Shown: positions 19,032-28,297 of the stretch, in pieces
Layout: every line of letters begins with the position of its first letter
Numbering within the stretch: the stretch's first letter is position 1
Assembly: GCF_061322215.1 (NCBI RefSeq)
Contig: NZ_CM196105.1
DNA length: 40,000 bases
Direction: 5' to 3' (one strand)
Made by a program: the position numbers and the translations under genes
Notes under the pieces: generated by a model
Databases searched by the model: none
What the model was told of the DNA's origin: nothing
The model's input: the letters and a program-made list of their open reading frames with translations, nothing else

Positions 19032-20324
19032 ATGAAAAAATTAAAGCTATTAAATAAATACAGCTACTTACATAGCATAAACGGCTCGCTGATTGAAGCA
19101 GAGCTTGACGACGTTTCAGTGGGCGAAGTATGCGAAATTTATGCGAGCTGGCAAGCAAATGAACGTATAGCCAGGGCTCAGGTCGTTGGCTTTCGCAATG
19201 GAAAGACATTATTAAACCTTATAGGCAGCTCTGTGGGGCTTACACGTACTGCAGTTTTGAAACCAACGGGAGAGCAGTTAACCATACAGATCAGTGATGC
19301 CTTTCTTGGTTCAGTTTTGAATGCTTCTGGTCAAATTATGGAAAGGTTTGTCCCGGACACTCCAGGCGAAAGGGGAAATTTACGCCTGATTGATGAACTG
19401 CCACCGTCGTATCAGGAACGTCGAGTTATTAATACACCACTAGAGACACGGATAAGAGTCATTGATGGCGTACTGACATGTGGCATTGGTCAACGTGTTG
19501 GGATTTTCGCATCGGCTGGCTGTGGCAAAACGGTTTTAATGCATATGCTTGTAAACAACACTGAAGCTGATGTGTTTGTTATTGGCTTGATTGGCGAACG
19601 TGGAAGGGAAGTTACGGAATGCGCGGAATCGCTGAAAAAATCAGTAAATGCAGCAAAATGTGTTTTGGTTTATGCCACCTCTGATTTTTCGTCAGTAGAT
19701 CGGTGTAATGCCGCCCTGATGGCGACAACCGTGGCAGAGTATTTTAGAGATCGTGGAAAGAGAGTTGTACTTTTTATCGACTCAATGACGCGGTATGCAC
19801 GAGCACTACGCGATATGAAGCTGGCAGCGGGTGAACCACCTGCCAGGCGTGGTTATCCTGCTTCTGTTTTTGACAGTTTACCTCGCTTACTGGAGAGGCC
19901 GGGACCAACACTAAAAGGAAGTATTACTGCGTTTTATACCGTATTACTGGAGGGGGAGGATGAATCAGACCCACTGGGTGATGAAATTCGCTCAATCCTT
20001 GATGGCCATATCTATCTAAGTCGCAAACTCGCTGGGCAAGGTCATTATCCGGCAATAGATGTTCTAAAAAGTGTGAGTCGAGTATTTGGTCAGGTCACTG
20101 ATGAAAAACACAGAGATAATGCTGCACGGGTAAGGAAGATCCTCACAACTTTGGAAGATCTACAGGTGTTTATTGATTTAGGGGAATATCGCGCTGGGCA
20201 AAATGTTGAAAATGATTTTGCTATGAATGCCCGGCCTAAACTCACAAATTGGTTAAAACAGTCAGTTAATGAAAAAATGCCAATGAGTGAAACGCTAAAA
20301 GAGCTTGAACGAATTGTTAAGTAA
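19032..20324 (+). CDS. eivC: T3SS ATPase (SctN; InvC/SpaL homologue)
   Basis: Walker [12 protein letters not shown] and Walker [13 protein letters not shown]. The start is ambiguous (ATG at 19005, 19017 or 19032); 19032 ([11 protein letters not shown]...) best fits my recollection of the InvC N-terminus. Confidence 0.93.
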   Translation: MKKLKLLNKYSYLHSINGSLIEAELDDVSVGEVCEIYASWQANERIARAQVVGFRNGKTLLNLIGSSVGLTRTAVLKPTGEQLTIQISDAFLGSVLNASGQIMERFVPDTPGERGNLRLIDELPPSYQERRVINTPLETRIRVIDGVLTCGIGQRVGIFASAGCGKTVLMHMLVNNTEADVFVIGLIGERGREVTECAESLKKSVNAAKCVLVYATSDFSSVDRCNAALMATTVAEYFRDRGKRVVLFIDSMTRYARALRDMKLAAGEPPARRGYPASVFDSLPRLLERPGPTLKGSITAFYTVLLEGEDESDPLGDEIRSILDGHIYLSRKLAGQGHYPAIDVLKSVSRVFGQVTDEKHRDNAARVRKILTTLEDLQVFIDLGEYRAGQNVENDFAMNARPKLTNWLKQSVNEKMPMSETLKELERIVK

Positions 20325-20772
20325 AGTTAATCGACTTATCAGAAGAACAGCGCAGAGCCTGGCTGCATGTGAAGCATCATTACAAAAGTTAAATGTAGAA
20401 AAAGAAAAGTTAGTCGAAAAGGAACGGCTGTATGATATGCAACTTAAAAACCTACAGTCACTGTTAGATATGAAGGAGTTACTCGGCGAAGTAGTATTTC
20501 GCCAGGATATATTTTACTCGTTACGTAAAGTTGCAGTCATTCAGCAGCAGATCGCTGAGATAAATCTTGAAAAGCAAAAAATAGCAGAGCGGCGAAAAAT
20601 ACTTAACAAGGAAATAGTTCAACAGCAAGCACAAAGAAAACACTGGTGGCTAAAAGGAGAAAAGTACGATCGACTAAAGAAGCGCATCAAAAAACAACTT
20701 TTAAATCAGATGCTTTATCAAGACGAGCTTGAACAGGAGGAGAAATATAATGGACGAAGTCAAGAAAATTGA
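20305..20772 (+). CDS. eivI: T3SS stalk protein (SctO; InvI/SpaM homologue)
   Basis: 155-aa coiled-coil-type K/E/Q-rich ORF with a TTG start overlapping the eivC end. Position is conserved relative to SPI-1. Confidence 0.7.
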   Translation: MNELLSKVNRLIRRTAQSLAACEASLQKLNVEKEKLVEKERLYDMQLKNLQSLLDMKELLGEVVFRQDIFYSLRKVAVIQQQIAEINLEKQKIAERRKILNKEIVQQQAQRKHWWLKGEKYDRLKKRIKKQLLNQMLYQDELEQEEKYNGRSQEN

Positions 20773-21625
20773 ACATTATAAAAATTTAAACACAGACACA
20801 TCCGAGAATTCTGCTGCGGATTTAGACAGTTTCTTAAAGAAAAACAAAAAAAATAAAGAAATGAGTGAGATTGTTGCTGGATCCATTCTCCAGTTATTAC
20901 GTCAGGCTCAGGATAGCCAATTCCCTACGTTTGGGAAAAAGAATGGGCAAATGAAGTCTATTGATAACAAATCGTCTCTCCAGGTTGACAGGAATTCATC
21001 TTTTTCTTTGCAAACAAATGGAATAGAGCAACTTTCTACAAAGAAAGTCCTCAATATGACTTCACGATATCAGGGTGTTAATTCTGAACTATCTGATAAA
21101 GCGATACAATTTAAGGGGGAAATCCATAATGGTATCCATACAGAAAACATCACGGTTCAAAACCACAGTAATAATAAAGAGCGTGAAAAAAAATATCGCG
21201 ATGGAGACAAAAAAAATGGAGAGCAGGCCCATTTATTAGATATTACTAACGAAAGAAGGTTTGCTGATAACAAAATCATGTTTACTCAACATATCGAAAA
21301 GCAAAGGAATGTTCATACGCTCAATCAGAATGATATAAATAATTCTGTTAATAGTGCCAATGTACCCGAAAATGAATTGACATATCAGTTTCAGCGTTGG
21401 GGACAGAATCATACAGTTCGGATTCTGGAAAGTAGTGAAGGGATACGACTAAAACCATCAGACACGATTGTCTCCGACAGACTCCATGAAGCCCAACACA
21501 ATGATGTTACAGCACAACGTTGGGTATTGACTGAGCAAGATGAACGACAAGGGCAACGACATCAGCCTCATGATGAGCAAGAAAATGAAGGTAAATTCGA
21601 AAACGATCAGAAGGACGAAAGTTAA
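20750..21625 (+). CDS. eivJ: T3SS needle-length regulator (SctP; InvJ/SpaN homologue)
   Basis: ATG at 20750, 7 nt after GGAGGAG; the track ORF begins at 20729. Low-complexity N/Q/K/S-rich sequence, typical of divergent SctP. Position is conserved. Confidence 0.7.
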   Translation: MDEVKKIEHYKNLNTDTSENSAADLDSFLKKNKKNKEMSEIVAGSILQLLRQAQDSQFPTFGKKNGQMKSIDNKSSLQVDRNSSFSLQTNGIEQLSTKKVLNMTSRYQGVNSELSDKAIQFKGEIHNGIHTENITVQNHSNNKEREKKYRDGDKKNGEQAHLLDITNERRFADNKIMFTQHIEKQRNVHTLNQNDINNSVNSANVPENELTYQFQRWGQNHTVRILESSEGIRLKPSDTIVSDRLHEAQHNDVTAQRWVLTEQDERQGQRHQPHDEQENEGKFENDQKDES

Positions 21626-22572
21626 TGTTCGGTCTGAGAAAAGTAAATGGAAACACTCATTCCTTTGAAACCACTTTTCAAAACTGGAAAGAAAAGGGTG
21701 AAGATGTTGCGTTATTAATGCCCGAATTTAGCGCCAAATGGCTACCGATAGCAGAAGAGAGCGGCAGCTGGTCTGGATGGGTGTTACTTCGAGAAATATT
21801 TCCCTTAATTTCTGCCGAGCTCGCTGGGATGGCTTTAATGCCAGAAACGGAAAGGTTAATAGGGGAATGGCTCAGTTTAACCAGTTCCCCGTTAAATCTA
21901 GAGTATCCTGAACTAAAATATAATCGTTTGTGCGTAGGTAAAGTATTTGATGGAGTATTGAGTTCAGCTCAACCACTGATAAGAATATGGACAGGGGAAT
22001 TGAATCTTTGGTTAGATAAAGTCACAGTCTGCCAATACGAAAACGCTCCAACGTTAGACAAAAAATCATTATATTGGCCCATTCATTTTGTAATTGGATT
22101 TAGTAAAACATGTTATATAACTATTGTTGATATTGAAGTTGGTGATGTTTTATTAATCTCAAATAATGTGGCTTATGCGATTATTTATAATACAAAGATT
22201 TGCAATTTATTTTATCCAGAGGAGCTAAAAATGGCTGATCATTTTGAGTACGAGGAAGATTTTGAAACAGATGACTTTGATATCAAAAAAAACGAGAGTG
22301 AGATTAATGATGAAAATGACGAACAGATGATTAATAGTTTTGAAGACTTGCCTGTAAAAATTGAGTTTGTTCTTGGAAAGAAAATAATGAATCTATATGA
22401 AATAGACGATCTCTGTGCAAAAAGAATTATACCTTTGCTTCCTGAAGCTGAGAAAAATATAGAGATACGTGTAAATGGCGCGCTAACTGGCTATGGCGAA
22501 CTTGTTGAAGTGGATGATAAATTGGGCGTAGAAATTCATTCTTGGTTATCAGGGAATAATAATGTCAAATAG
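21625..22572 (+). CDS. epaO: T3SS sorting-platform/C-ring protein (SctQ; SpaO homologue)
   Basis: TAATG overlap with eivJ. C-terminal SpoA-type segment (VKIEFVLGKKIMNLYEIDDL...GELVEVDDKLGVEIHSW). Confidence 0.88.
   Translation: MFGLRKVNGNTHSFETTFQNWKEKGEDVALLMPEFSAKWLPIAEESGSWSGWVLLREIFPLISAELAGMALMPETERLIGEWLSLTSSPLNLEYPELKYNRLCVGKVFDGVLSSAQPLIRIWTGELNLWLDKVTVCQYENAPTLDKKSLYWPIHFVIGFSKTCYITIVDIEVGDVLLISNNVAYAIIYNTKICNLFYPEELKMADHFEYEEDFETDDFDIKKNESEINDENDEQMINSFEDLPVKIEFVLGKKIMNLYEIDDLCAKRIIPLLPEAEKNIEIRVNGALTGYGELVEVDDKLGVEIHSWLSGNNNVK
22231..22572 (+). CDS. Predicted internally initiated product EpaO-C (113 aa, SpoA domain)
   Basis: In-frame ATG at codon 203 of epaO, preceded by GAGGAG with 6-nt spacing (ccaGAGGAGctaaaaATG). 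Confidence 0.45.
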   Translation: MADHFEYEEDFETDDFDIKKNESEINDENDEQMINSFEDLPVKIEFVLGKKIMNLYEIDDLCAKRIIPLLPEAEKNIEIRVNGALTGYGELVEVDDKLGVEIHSWLSGNNNVK

Positions 22573-23227
22573 TATTTCGCTGATAGCGATATTATCATTA
22601 TTTACACTATTACCGTTTATAATAGCATCCGGGACATGTTTTATTAAATTCTCGATTGTTTTTGTTATTGTCCGAAACGCTTTGGGACTTCAGCAAGTGC
22701 CATCAAATATGACACTTAATGGGGTAGCTTTGCTATTGTCAATGTTCGTAATGATGCCGGTTGGGAAGGAAATATATAATAACAGTCAGAATGAGAATCT
22801 TTCATTCAATAATGTAGCGTCGGTTGTTAATTTTGTTGAGACAGGCATGAGTGGTTATAAATCATATTTGATAAAATATTCTGAACCGGAGTTGGTTAGC
22901 TTTTTTGAAAAGATTCAGAAGGTGAATAGTTCTGAAGACAATGAAGAGATAATCGATGATGAGAATATTTCAATTTTCTCGTTACTCCCGGCATATGCGT
23001 TGAGTGAGATAAAAAGTGCATTTATTATAGGTTTCTATATCTATTTACCCTTTGTTGTAGTTGATCTGGTTATATCCAGTGTTCTGTTAACGTTAGGTAT
23101 GATGATGATGAGTCCGGTAACCATATCTACACCGATAAAATTAATTCTGTTTGTCGCGATGGACGGTTGGACAATGTTATCGAAAGGACTCATTTTACAA
23201 TATTTTGATCTATCCATTAATCCCTGA
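22562..23227 (+). CDS. epaP: T3SS export-gate protein (SctR; SpaP/FliP family)
   Basis: 221-aa polytopic membrane ORF that overlaps the epaO end. Conserved order P-Q-R-S. Confidence 0.92.
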   Translation: MSNSISLIAILSLFTLLPFIIASGTCFIKFSIVFVIVRNALGLQQVPSNMTLNGVALLLSMFVMMPVGKEIYNNSQNENLSFNNVASVVNFVETGMSGYKSYLIKYSEPELVSFFEKIQKVNSSEDNEEIIDDENISIFSLLPAYALSEIKSAFIIGFYIYLPFVVVDLVISSVLLTLGMMMMSPVTISTPIKLILFVAMDGWTMLSKGLILQYFDLSINP

Positions 23228-23236
23228 GGAAAAAAT

Positions 23237-23497
23237 ATGGACGACATTGTTTTTGCGGGGAATAGGGCGCTGTATCTGATTTTAGTTATGTCTGCAGGAC
23301 CTATTGCAGTTGCGACATTTGTTGGTTTATTGGTAGGGCTTTTTCAAACGGTAACACAGTTGCAAGAACAGACGTTGCCATTTGGCGTCAAATTATTATG
23401 CGTAAGTATTTGCTTTTTTTTAATGAGCGGATGGTACGGTGAAAAATTATACTCTTTTGGTATTGAAATGCTGAATTTAGCATTCGCGAGAGGATAG
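23237..23497 (+). CDS. epaQ: T3SS export-gate protein (SctS; SpaQ/FliQ family)
   Basis: 86-aa two-helix membrane protein in the conserved position. Confidence 0.9.
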   Translation: MDDIVFAGNRALYLILVMSAGPIAVATFVGLLVGLFQTVTQLQEQTLPFGVKLLCVSICFFLMSGWYGEKLYSFGIEMLNLAFARG

Positions 23498-23498
23498 C

Positions 23499-24266
23499 AT
23501 GGGGGAGGCGATACTCTATCAGTTGCATAGTCTGCTGGCTGCTACAGCGCTCGGTTTTTGCCGATTGGCGCCAACTTTCTATTTGTTACCATTTTTCGCC
23601 AGTGGGAATATACCAACAGTAGTTCGTCACCCAATAATAATAGTGGTATCATGTGCATTAGTTCAGCATTACCACTATGAATTATCGACCTTAAATGAAA
23701 TAGATATCGCTTTGTTAGCTGCCAGAGAAATTATCATAGGGCTGTTTATTGCTTGCTTATTAGCATCCCCATTTTGGATTTTCCTTGCTATAGGCAGCTT
23801 TATCGATAACCAACGTGGTGCAACGTTAAGTAGTACTTTGGATCCGGCTACAGGTGTCGATACATCGGAATTAGCAAGATTATTTAACCTTTTCTCTGCA
23901 GCAGTTTATCTTACTAACGGTGGATTGAACTTTATTCTGGAGACTCTATGGCAAAGTTATAACTTATGGCCTTCAGGAAATTTTAATTTTCCTAAATTAG
24001 AGCCTTTATTCTCATATATTAATAATATAATGACTCATACTATCGTTTACGCAAGCCCCGTGATTGCGGTTATGCTGGGCGGTGAAGCTGTCCTGGGATT
24101 GCTGGCACGCTATGCTTCACAACTAAATGCTTTTGCCATCTCACTGACTGTCAAAAGTGCGCTGGCATTTTTAATATTAATTATTTATTTTGGCCCAATA
24201 CTGGCTGAACGAGTTATGCCGTTATCCTTTTTCCCAGAACAATTGCAATTATACATTGATAAATAG
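23499..24266 (+). CDS. epaR: T3SS export-gate protein (SctT; SpaR/FliR family)
   Basis: 255-aa polytopic membrane ORF starting 1 nt after the epaQ stop. Confidence 0.9.
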   Translation: MGEAILYQLHSLLAATALGFCRLAPTFYLLPFFASGNIPTVVRHPIIIVVSCALVQHYHYELSTLNEIDIALLAAREIIIGLFIACLLASPFWIFLAIGSFIDNQRGATLSSTLDPATGVDTSELARLFNLFSAAVYLTNGGLNFILETLWQSYNLWPSGNFNFPKLEPLFSYINNIMTHTIVYASPVIAVMLGGEAVLGLLARYASQLNAFAISLTVKSALAFLILIIYFGPILAERVMPLSFFPEQLQLYIDK

Positions 24267-24274
24267 AGTGTTTC

Positions 24275-25396
24275 ATGGCAAATAAAACTGAAAAGCCAAC
24301 ACAAAAGAAACTCCAGGATGCTTCTAAAAAAGGGCAAATTCTAAAAAGTAGAGACTTAACAGTCTCTGTAATAATGCTTGTGGGTACTTTATATCTCGGA
24401 TATGTATTTGATGTGCATCACATTATGTCGATTCTTGAATACATCCTTGATCATAACGCTAAACCGGATATTTGGGACTATTTTAAAGCTATGGGGATAG
24501 GTTGGTTGAAAACGATCATTCCTTTTTTGCTGGTTTGCATGTTTACAACAATACTTGTCTCATGGTTTCAAAGTAAAATGCAATTAGCAACTGAAGCTAT
24601 TAAGTTTAAGTTTGATTCATTAAATCCAGTAAATGGCTTAAAACGTATATTTGGCTTAAAAACCGTAAAAGAATTTGTTAAAGCAATACTTTATATTATT
24701 TTTTTTGCATTGGCGATCAAAGTATTTTGGACTAACCATAAATCACTGCTTTTTAAAACTCTTGATGGAGATATCATTTCTTTATTATCAGATTGGGGAG
24801 AGATGCTATTCCTTCTCATACTATATTGTCTCGGCAGTATGATAATTGTTCTAATATTTGATTTTATCGCTGAGTATTTTTTATTTATGAAAGATATGAA
24901 AATGGATAAACAAGAAGTTAAAAGAGAATACAAGGAACAAGAAGGAAATCCAGAAATTAAGTCTAAACGCAGAGAGCGCCATCAAGAAATTCTGTCAGAG
25001 CAATTGAAATCTGATGTCAGTAATAGCCGTCTGATGATTGCCAACCCTACGCACATTGCCATAGGGATATACTTTAAGCCACATCTGTCACCTATCCCAT
25101 TGATTTCTGTAAGAGAAACTAATGAGGTAGCATTAGCCGTAAGGAAATATGCAAAGGAAATCGGAATACCAATTATTACAGATAAAAAATTAGCACGAAA
25201 AATTTATGCTACCCATCGTCGCTACGATTATGTTAGCTTCGAAAATATAGATGAGATCTTGCGTCTTCTGCTGTGGCTTGAAGATGTGGAGAATGCTGGA
25301 CAACCTGTTCCAGATGAACTGCTCCCCTCAGAAGATAAATTCAAAGAAGGTGAAGACACAAAAAGCGAGAATAAAGACAATAATTTAAAAAATTAA
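24275..25396 (+). CDS. epaS: T3SS autoprotease/substrate-specificity switch (SctU; SpaS/FlhB family)
   Basis: 373 aa with four N-terminal TM segments and the NPTH autocleavage motif (MIANPTHIAIG). Confidence 0.93.
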   Translation: MANKTEKPTQKKLQDASKKGQILKSRDLTVSVIMLVGTLYLGYVFDVHHIMSILEYILDHNAKPDIWDYFKAMGIGWLKTIIPFLLVCMFTTILVSWFQSKMQLATEAIKFKFDSLNPVNGLKRIFGLKTVKEFVKAILYIIFFALAIKVFWTNHKSLLFKTLDGDIISLLSDWGEMLFLLILYCLGSMIIVLIFDFIAEYFLFMKDMKMDKQEVKREYKEQEGNPEIKSKRRERHQEILSEQLKSDVSNSRLMIANPTHIAIGIYFKPHLSPIPLISVRETNEVALAVRKYAKEIGIPIITDKKLARKIYATHRRYDYVSFENIDEILRLLLWLEDVENAGQPVPDELLPSEDKFKEGEDTKSENKDNNLKN

Positions 25397-25419
25397 ACAT
25401 CTATCATAGTCAGAAATTT

Positions 25420-25456
25420 ATAAGAATCTACACGCAAAAAGCGTGTAGATTCTTAT
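25420..25456. terminator. Bidirectional terminator between epaS and the convergent lipoprotein gene
   Basis: Perfect 16-bp stem ATAAGAATCTACACGC / GCGTGTAGATTCTTAT with an A5 loop, followed by TTT on the + strand. Confidence 0.7.
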
Positions 25457-25750
25457 TTAATGAGTTAAACGATCTTGCGAAATGACAAGCAATTGATACA
25501 TACTCATCTCTTTATAAGCTGGAACAGTAGTAACCTGTGCAAATTCGCGATATAGCTTCTGCTCTAGTTGTGCTGATGATATATATTCCGGGTGTTCGCT
25601 AAAGAACTGTCTTGCATCTACTATCGCTTGAGATTCGCCACTTCTTTTATTCTGAGTATCCTTTAATGAATTTTCTCTGGTGCATGCAGAGAGCAACGAT
25701 ATCAGCGCGACAGTTATTATGATTTTACTATTATATCTTACTAATGACAT
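25457..25750 (-). CDS. Small lipoprotein of unknown function (97 aa precursor)
   Basis: Signal peptide with lipobox LLSAC and Thr at +2. Its ATG lies 1 nt after the etrA TGA (TGAtATG). The mature part is predicted to be helical. Confidence 0.7.
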   Translation of the reverse strand: MSLVRYNSKIIITVALISLLSACTRENSLKDTQNKRSGESQAIVDARQFFSEHPEYISSAQLEQKLYREFAQVTTVPAYKEMSMYQLLVISQDRLTH

Positions 25751-25751
25751 A

Positions 25752-26252
25752 TCAACTTTCTCTTATGCAAGATTGGAGTTTAAAATAATGTTTATCCCAT
25801 TCACAGAGTGCTATAAACAACTCAACAGTACCTTTTATGTTAAGTTTATTTAGGGCTCTTATTTTGTGATATGATACTGTTTTATAATCAATTCCTTTGA
25901 TAATGGCTATTTGTTTTAACGAATAAGAAACACATAACCGCAGGATATCTATCTCATCATGGGTAAGTGGTTCTTGAGTGGAATACACATTTTGTGTATG
26001 AAGATTCGAAACCAGGAAATGCGTTAAATCAGATAATGTAATATTCTTATTGATCCTGATGAAATTGTTGCTCAAAAGGGTGTTTACAGGTTCTGTATTT
26101 GGTTTGAGATTTCGATGTTGGTGCTCATCAATAACAACGAACGAATGTCCAAGATCAACCAACGCAACCAAATCGCTGTAATATTCCTTTTGGGATGCTA
26201 ATAATGCATTAGTGCCTACAGTGAAGTAGACATCACTGGAAAAGACTTGCAT
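25752..26252 (-). CDS. etrA: LuxR/GerE-type HTH regulator without a receiver domain (EtrA)
   Basis: 166 aa with a C-terminal HTH (LTHDEIDILRLCVSYSLKQIAIIKGIDYKTVSYHKIRALNKLN). Its position between epaS and eprH matches ETT2 etrA. Confidence 0.8.
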   Translation of the reverse strand: MQVFSSDVYFTVGTNALLASQKEYYSDLVALVDLGHSFVVIDEHQHRNLKPNTEPVNTLLSNNFIRINKNITLSDLTHFLVSNLHTQNVYSTQEPLTHDEIDILRLCVSYSLKQIAIIKGIDYKTVSYHKIRALNKLNIKGTVELFIALCEWDKHYFKLQSCIRES

Positions 26253-26510
26253 ATGCCAACCTGCACTCTAAAATCATTTAGGGTAAATATTACGTGTAAA
26301 ATTTAAAATAATGGTAATTGTTATATTTGCATATCAATGAGGGAATAGGGTGTATACCTTAAATTGCAAATAAAGTTATGTATGTAGCCATTTAAAATGG
26401 CTCTCGAAAATTATAATCTTTTTATTGTGTGTCATCATAATTTGGTCATGAAATTTCCGTCTTGTTACACTACTCTAAACTAGAGCTTATGGAATTAGCG
26501 GGTGGTATTC

Positions 26511-27692
26511 ATGGAAAATAATGATAAATTCTTATCACAAGACTTATTGGAATCTTATGCCATTCGTTTATTGAGCGGACCATTGAATGGATGCGAGTAT
26601 GAAATACTTAATGGGCGTGTACTCGTTATCGTTGGTAATGATGTTTCGTTAGGAAGAAGTGATTCTTTTTCTGAGTTACCAGAGAATACGATAGTCATTC
26701 CTTATGGAGAGCTTACAGGCAGTTTTGAGGTAATAATCACTACCGACCCTGATCTGGTTGTAACAATCAGAGAATTAACAGCACAAGAACCTGAAGATAG
26801 AACGTTAACATTGAATCAGCAAATAGAAGTTTTAGGCCTCAAATTTGCTGTAAAAGGAAAAAATGAAGTTTGGCAGTATTCAATACCAGGTATTGTTGAA
26901 AATAACATTACTTCAACAAGGCAACATTTCTTTAGTAGTACGCTGTTTAAATATGTAACGCTATTTTTTCTTTTTGCTATCATTTTTATAGCTTTTTATA
27001 TTGTTAATGCCAGTAATGATCCGCAGCTGAGACATATCGATAAAATTCTTGTAAACAAAAATAGAAATTATGAAATTTTATATGGTAGGGATCATGTCAT
27101 CTATATCAATACCAATAGTTTGGATGAAGCTGTCTGGGTCAAACAAGCATTGGAAAAAAATCAACCAGGAAAACCAGTACGGGTGATAAATCCTGATGAT
27201 GAATCGATACGAATTTTTTCATGGCTTGCTGATAATTTCCCAGATCTACAATATTTTAAACTACAGCTATTAGATGCCAGTAATCCAAGACTGACAGTGA
27301 GTAAGCAACGGAATGCTATCACACAGCAACTAATCGATAATCTTATTAAAGGATTACTGCAAACTATGCCATATGCCAGCAATATAAGTATTGCGGTATT
27401 AGATGATAATGTATTGGAAAGTCAGGCAATTGAAACATTGTCGGCAATAGGTCTTTCTTATGAAAAATATAAAACAGCTAACAATGTATATTTCAATATC
27501 ATTGGTACGTTAAGCGACAGTGAATTAAATAAAATTAATAATTATGTCGACGAATATTATAAACAATGGGGTAAACAATATGTAAGATTTAATGTGAATT
27601 TGAAAAATCAGGACACAAATAACAGTTCATTTAGCTACGGAGATAATCGATTCGAGAAGTCTCAAGGTAGCAAGTGGACATTTCAGGAATAA
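26511..27692 (+). CDS. eprH: T3SS inner-membrane ring protein (SctD; PrgH homologue)
   Basis: ATG at 26511 (the track starts at GTG 26502). A single central TM (YVTLFFLFAIIFIAFYIV). First gene of the prgHIJK-like operon, with a size like PrgH. Confidence 0.85.
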   Translation: MENNDKFLSQDLLESYAIRLLSGPLNGCEYEILNGRVLVIVGNDVSLGRSDSFSELPENTIVIPYGELTGSFEVIITTDPDLVVTIRELTAQEPEDRTLTLNQQIEVLGLKFAVKGKNEVWQYSIPGIVENNITSTRQHFFSSTLFKYVTLFFLFAIIFIAFYIVNASNDPQLRHIDKILVNKNRNYEILYGRDHVIYINTNSLDEAVWVKQALEKNQPGKPVRVINPDDESIRIFSWLADNFPDLQYFKLQLLDASNPRLTVSKQRNAITQQLIDNLIKGLLQTMPYASNISIAVLDDNVLESQAIETLSAIGLSYEKYKTANNVYFNIIGTLSDSELNKINNYVDEYYKQWGKQYVRFNVNLKNQDTNNSSFSYGDNRFEKSQGSKWTFQE

Positions 27693-27705
27693 TTGAGGAG
27701 GACTT

Positions 27706-27945
27706 ATGGCAGATTGGAATGGTTATATTATGGATATCAGCAAACAATTTGATCAGGGGGTTGATGATCTGAACCAGCAAGTTGAAAAAGCGTTGGAGGA
27801 TTTAGCAACCAATCCTTCCGACCCGAAATTCCTTGCCGAATATCAGAGTGCATTAGCTGAGTATACATTATATCGAAATGCGCAATCTAACGTTGTAAAA
27901 GCGTATAAAGATCTTGATTCGGCAATCATACAAAACTTCCGCTAA
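27706..27945 (+). CDS. eprI: T3SS needle filament protein (SctF; PrgI homologue)
   Basis: 79-aa helix-turn-helix hairpin with NPSDP at the turn and a C-terminal IIQNFR. GAGGAGG SD. Confidence 0.92.
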   Translation: MADWNGYIMDISKQFDQGVDDLNQQVEKALEDLATNPSDPKFLAEYQSALAEYTLYRNAQSNVVKAYKDLDSAIIQNFR

Positions 27946-27964
27946 ACTGGATAAGGATTTTATT

Positions 27965-28297
27965 ATGTCAGTAAGCAATATGCCACCTATTGATAGAGCT
28001 GAGCAATCAGCTGCTCATGAAATACAGCAAGCGAAAGTTATTGATTTAAATGACCGGGTTCTCAATCTTGATAACCCGGATGATAAAATGATCTCCGCTT
28101 TTGCTAACTATGCGGTACAAACTGAAAATTGGCAGCAAAATGCGTTACAAGCATTAAGGTCTGATAAAAAGGGGTTAACTCCTGAAAAATTATTAGTCTT
28201 GCAGGATCATGTGCTTAATTATAATGTCGAGGTTTCATTGGTGGGAACATTAGCAAGAAAAATTGTCGCTGCAGTTGAGACGTTGACTCGCTCATGA
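27965..28297 (+). CDS. eprJ: T3SS inner rod protein (SctI; PrgJ homologue)
   Basis: ATG at 27965 after AAGGA. The upstream part of the track ORF (from 27914) overlaps eprI and is unlikely to be coding. Size and position match PrgJ. Confidence 0.8.
   Translation: MSVSNMPPIDRAEQSAAHEIQQAKVIDLNDRVLNLDNPDDKMISAFANYAVQTENWQQNALQALRSDKKGLTPEKLLVLQDHVLNYNVEVSLVGTLARKIVAAVETLTRS

Noticed and set aside
27914-27964. Upstream extension of the eprJ ORF (track start 27914), and likewise 29504-29566 for ygeN, 30464-30496 for ygeK, 31953-31994 for ygeI and 38312-38371 for yqeH
   Set aside because: The extensions begin at non-ATG or SD-less codons and overlap upstream genes or leaders. Downstream ATGs with proper SDs give lengths that match the homologues I recognise.
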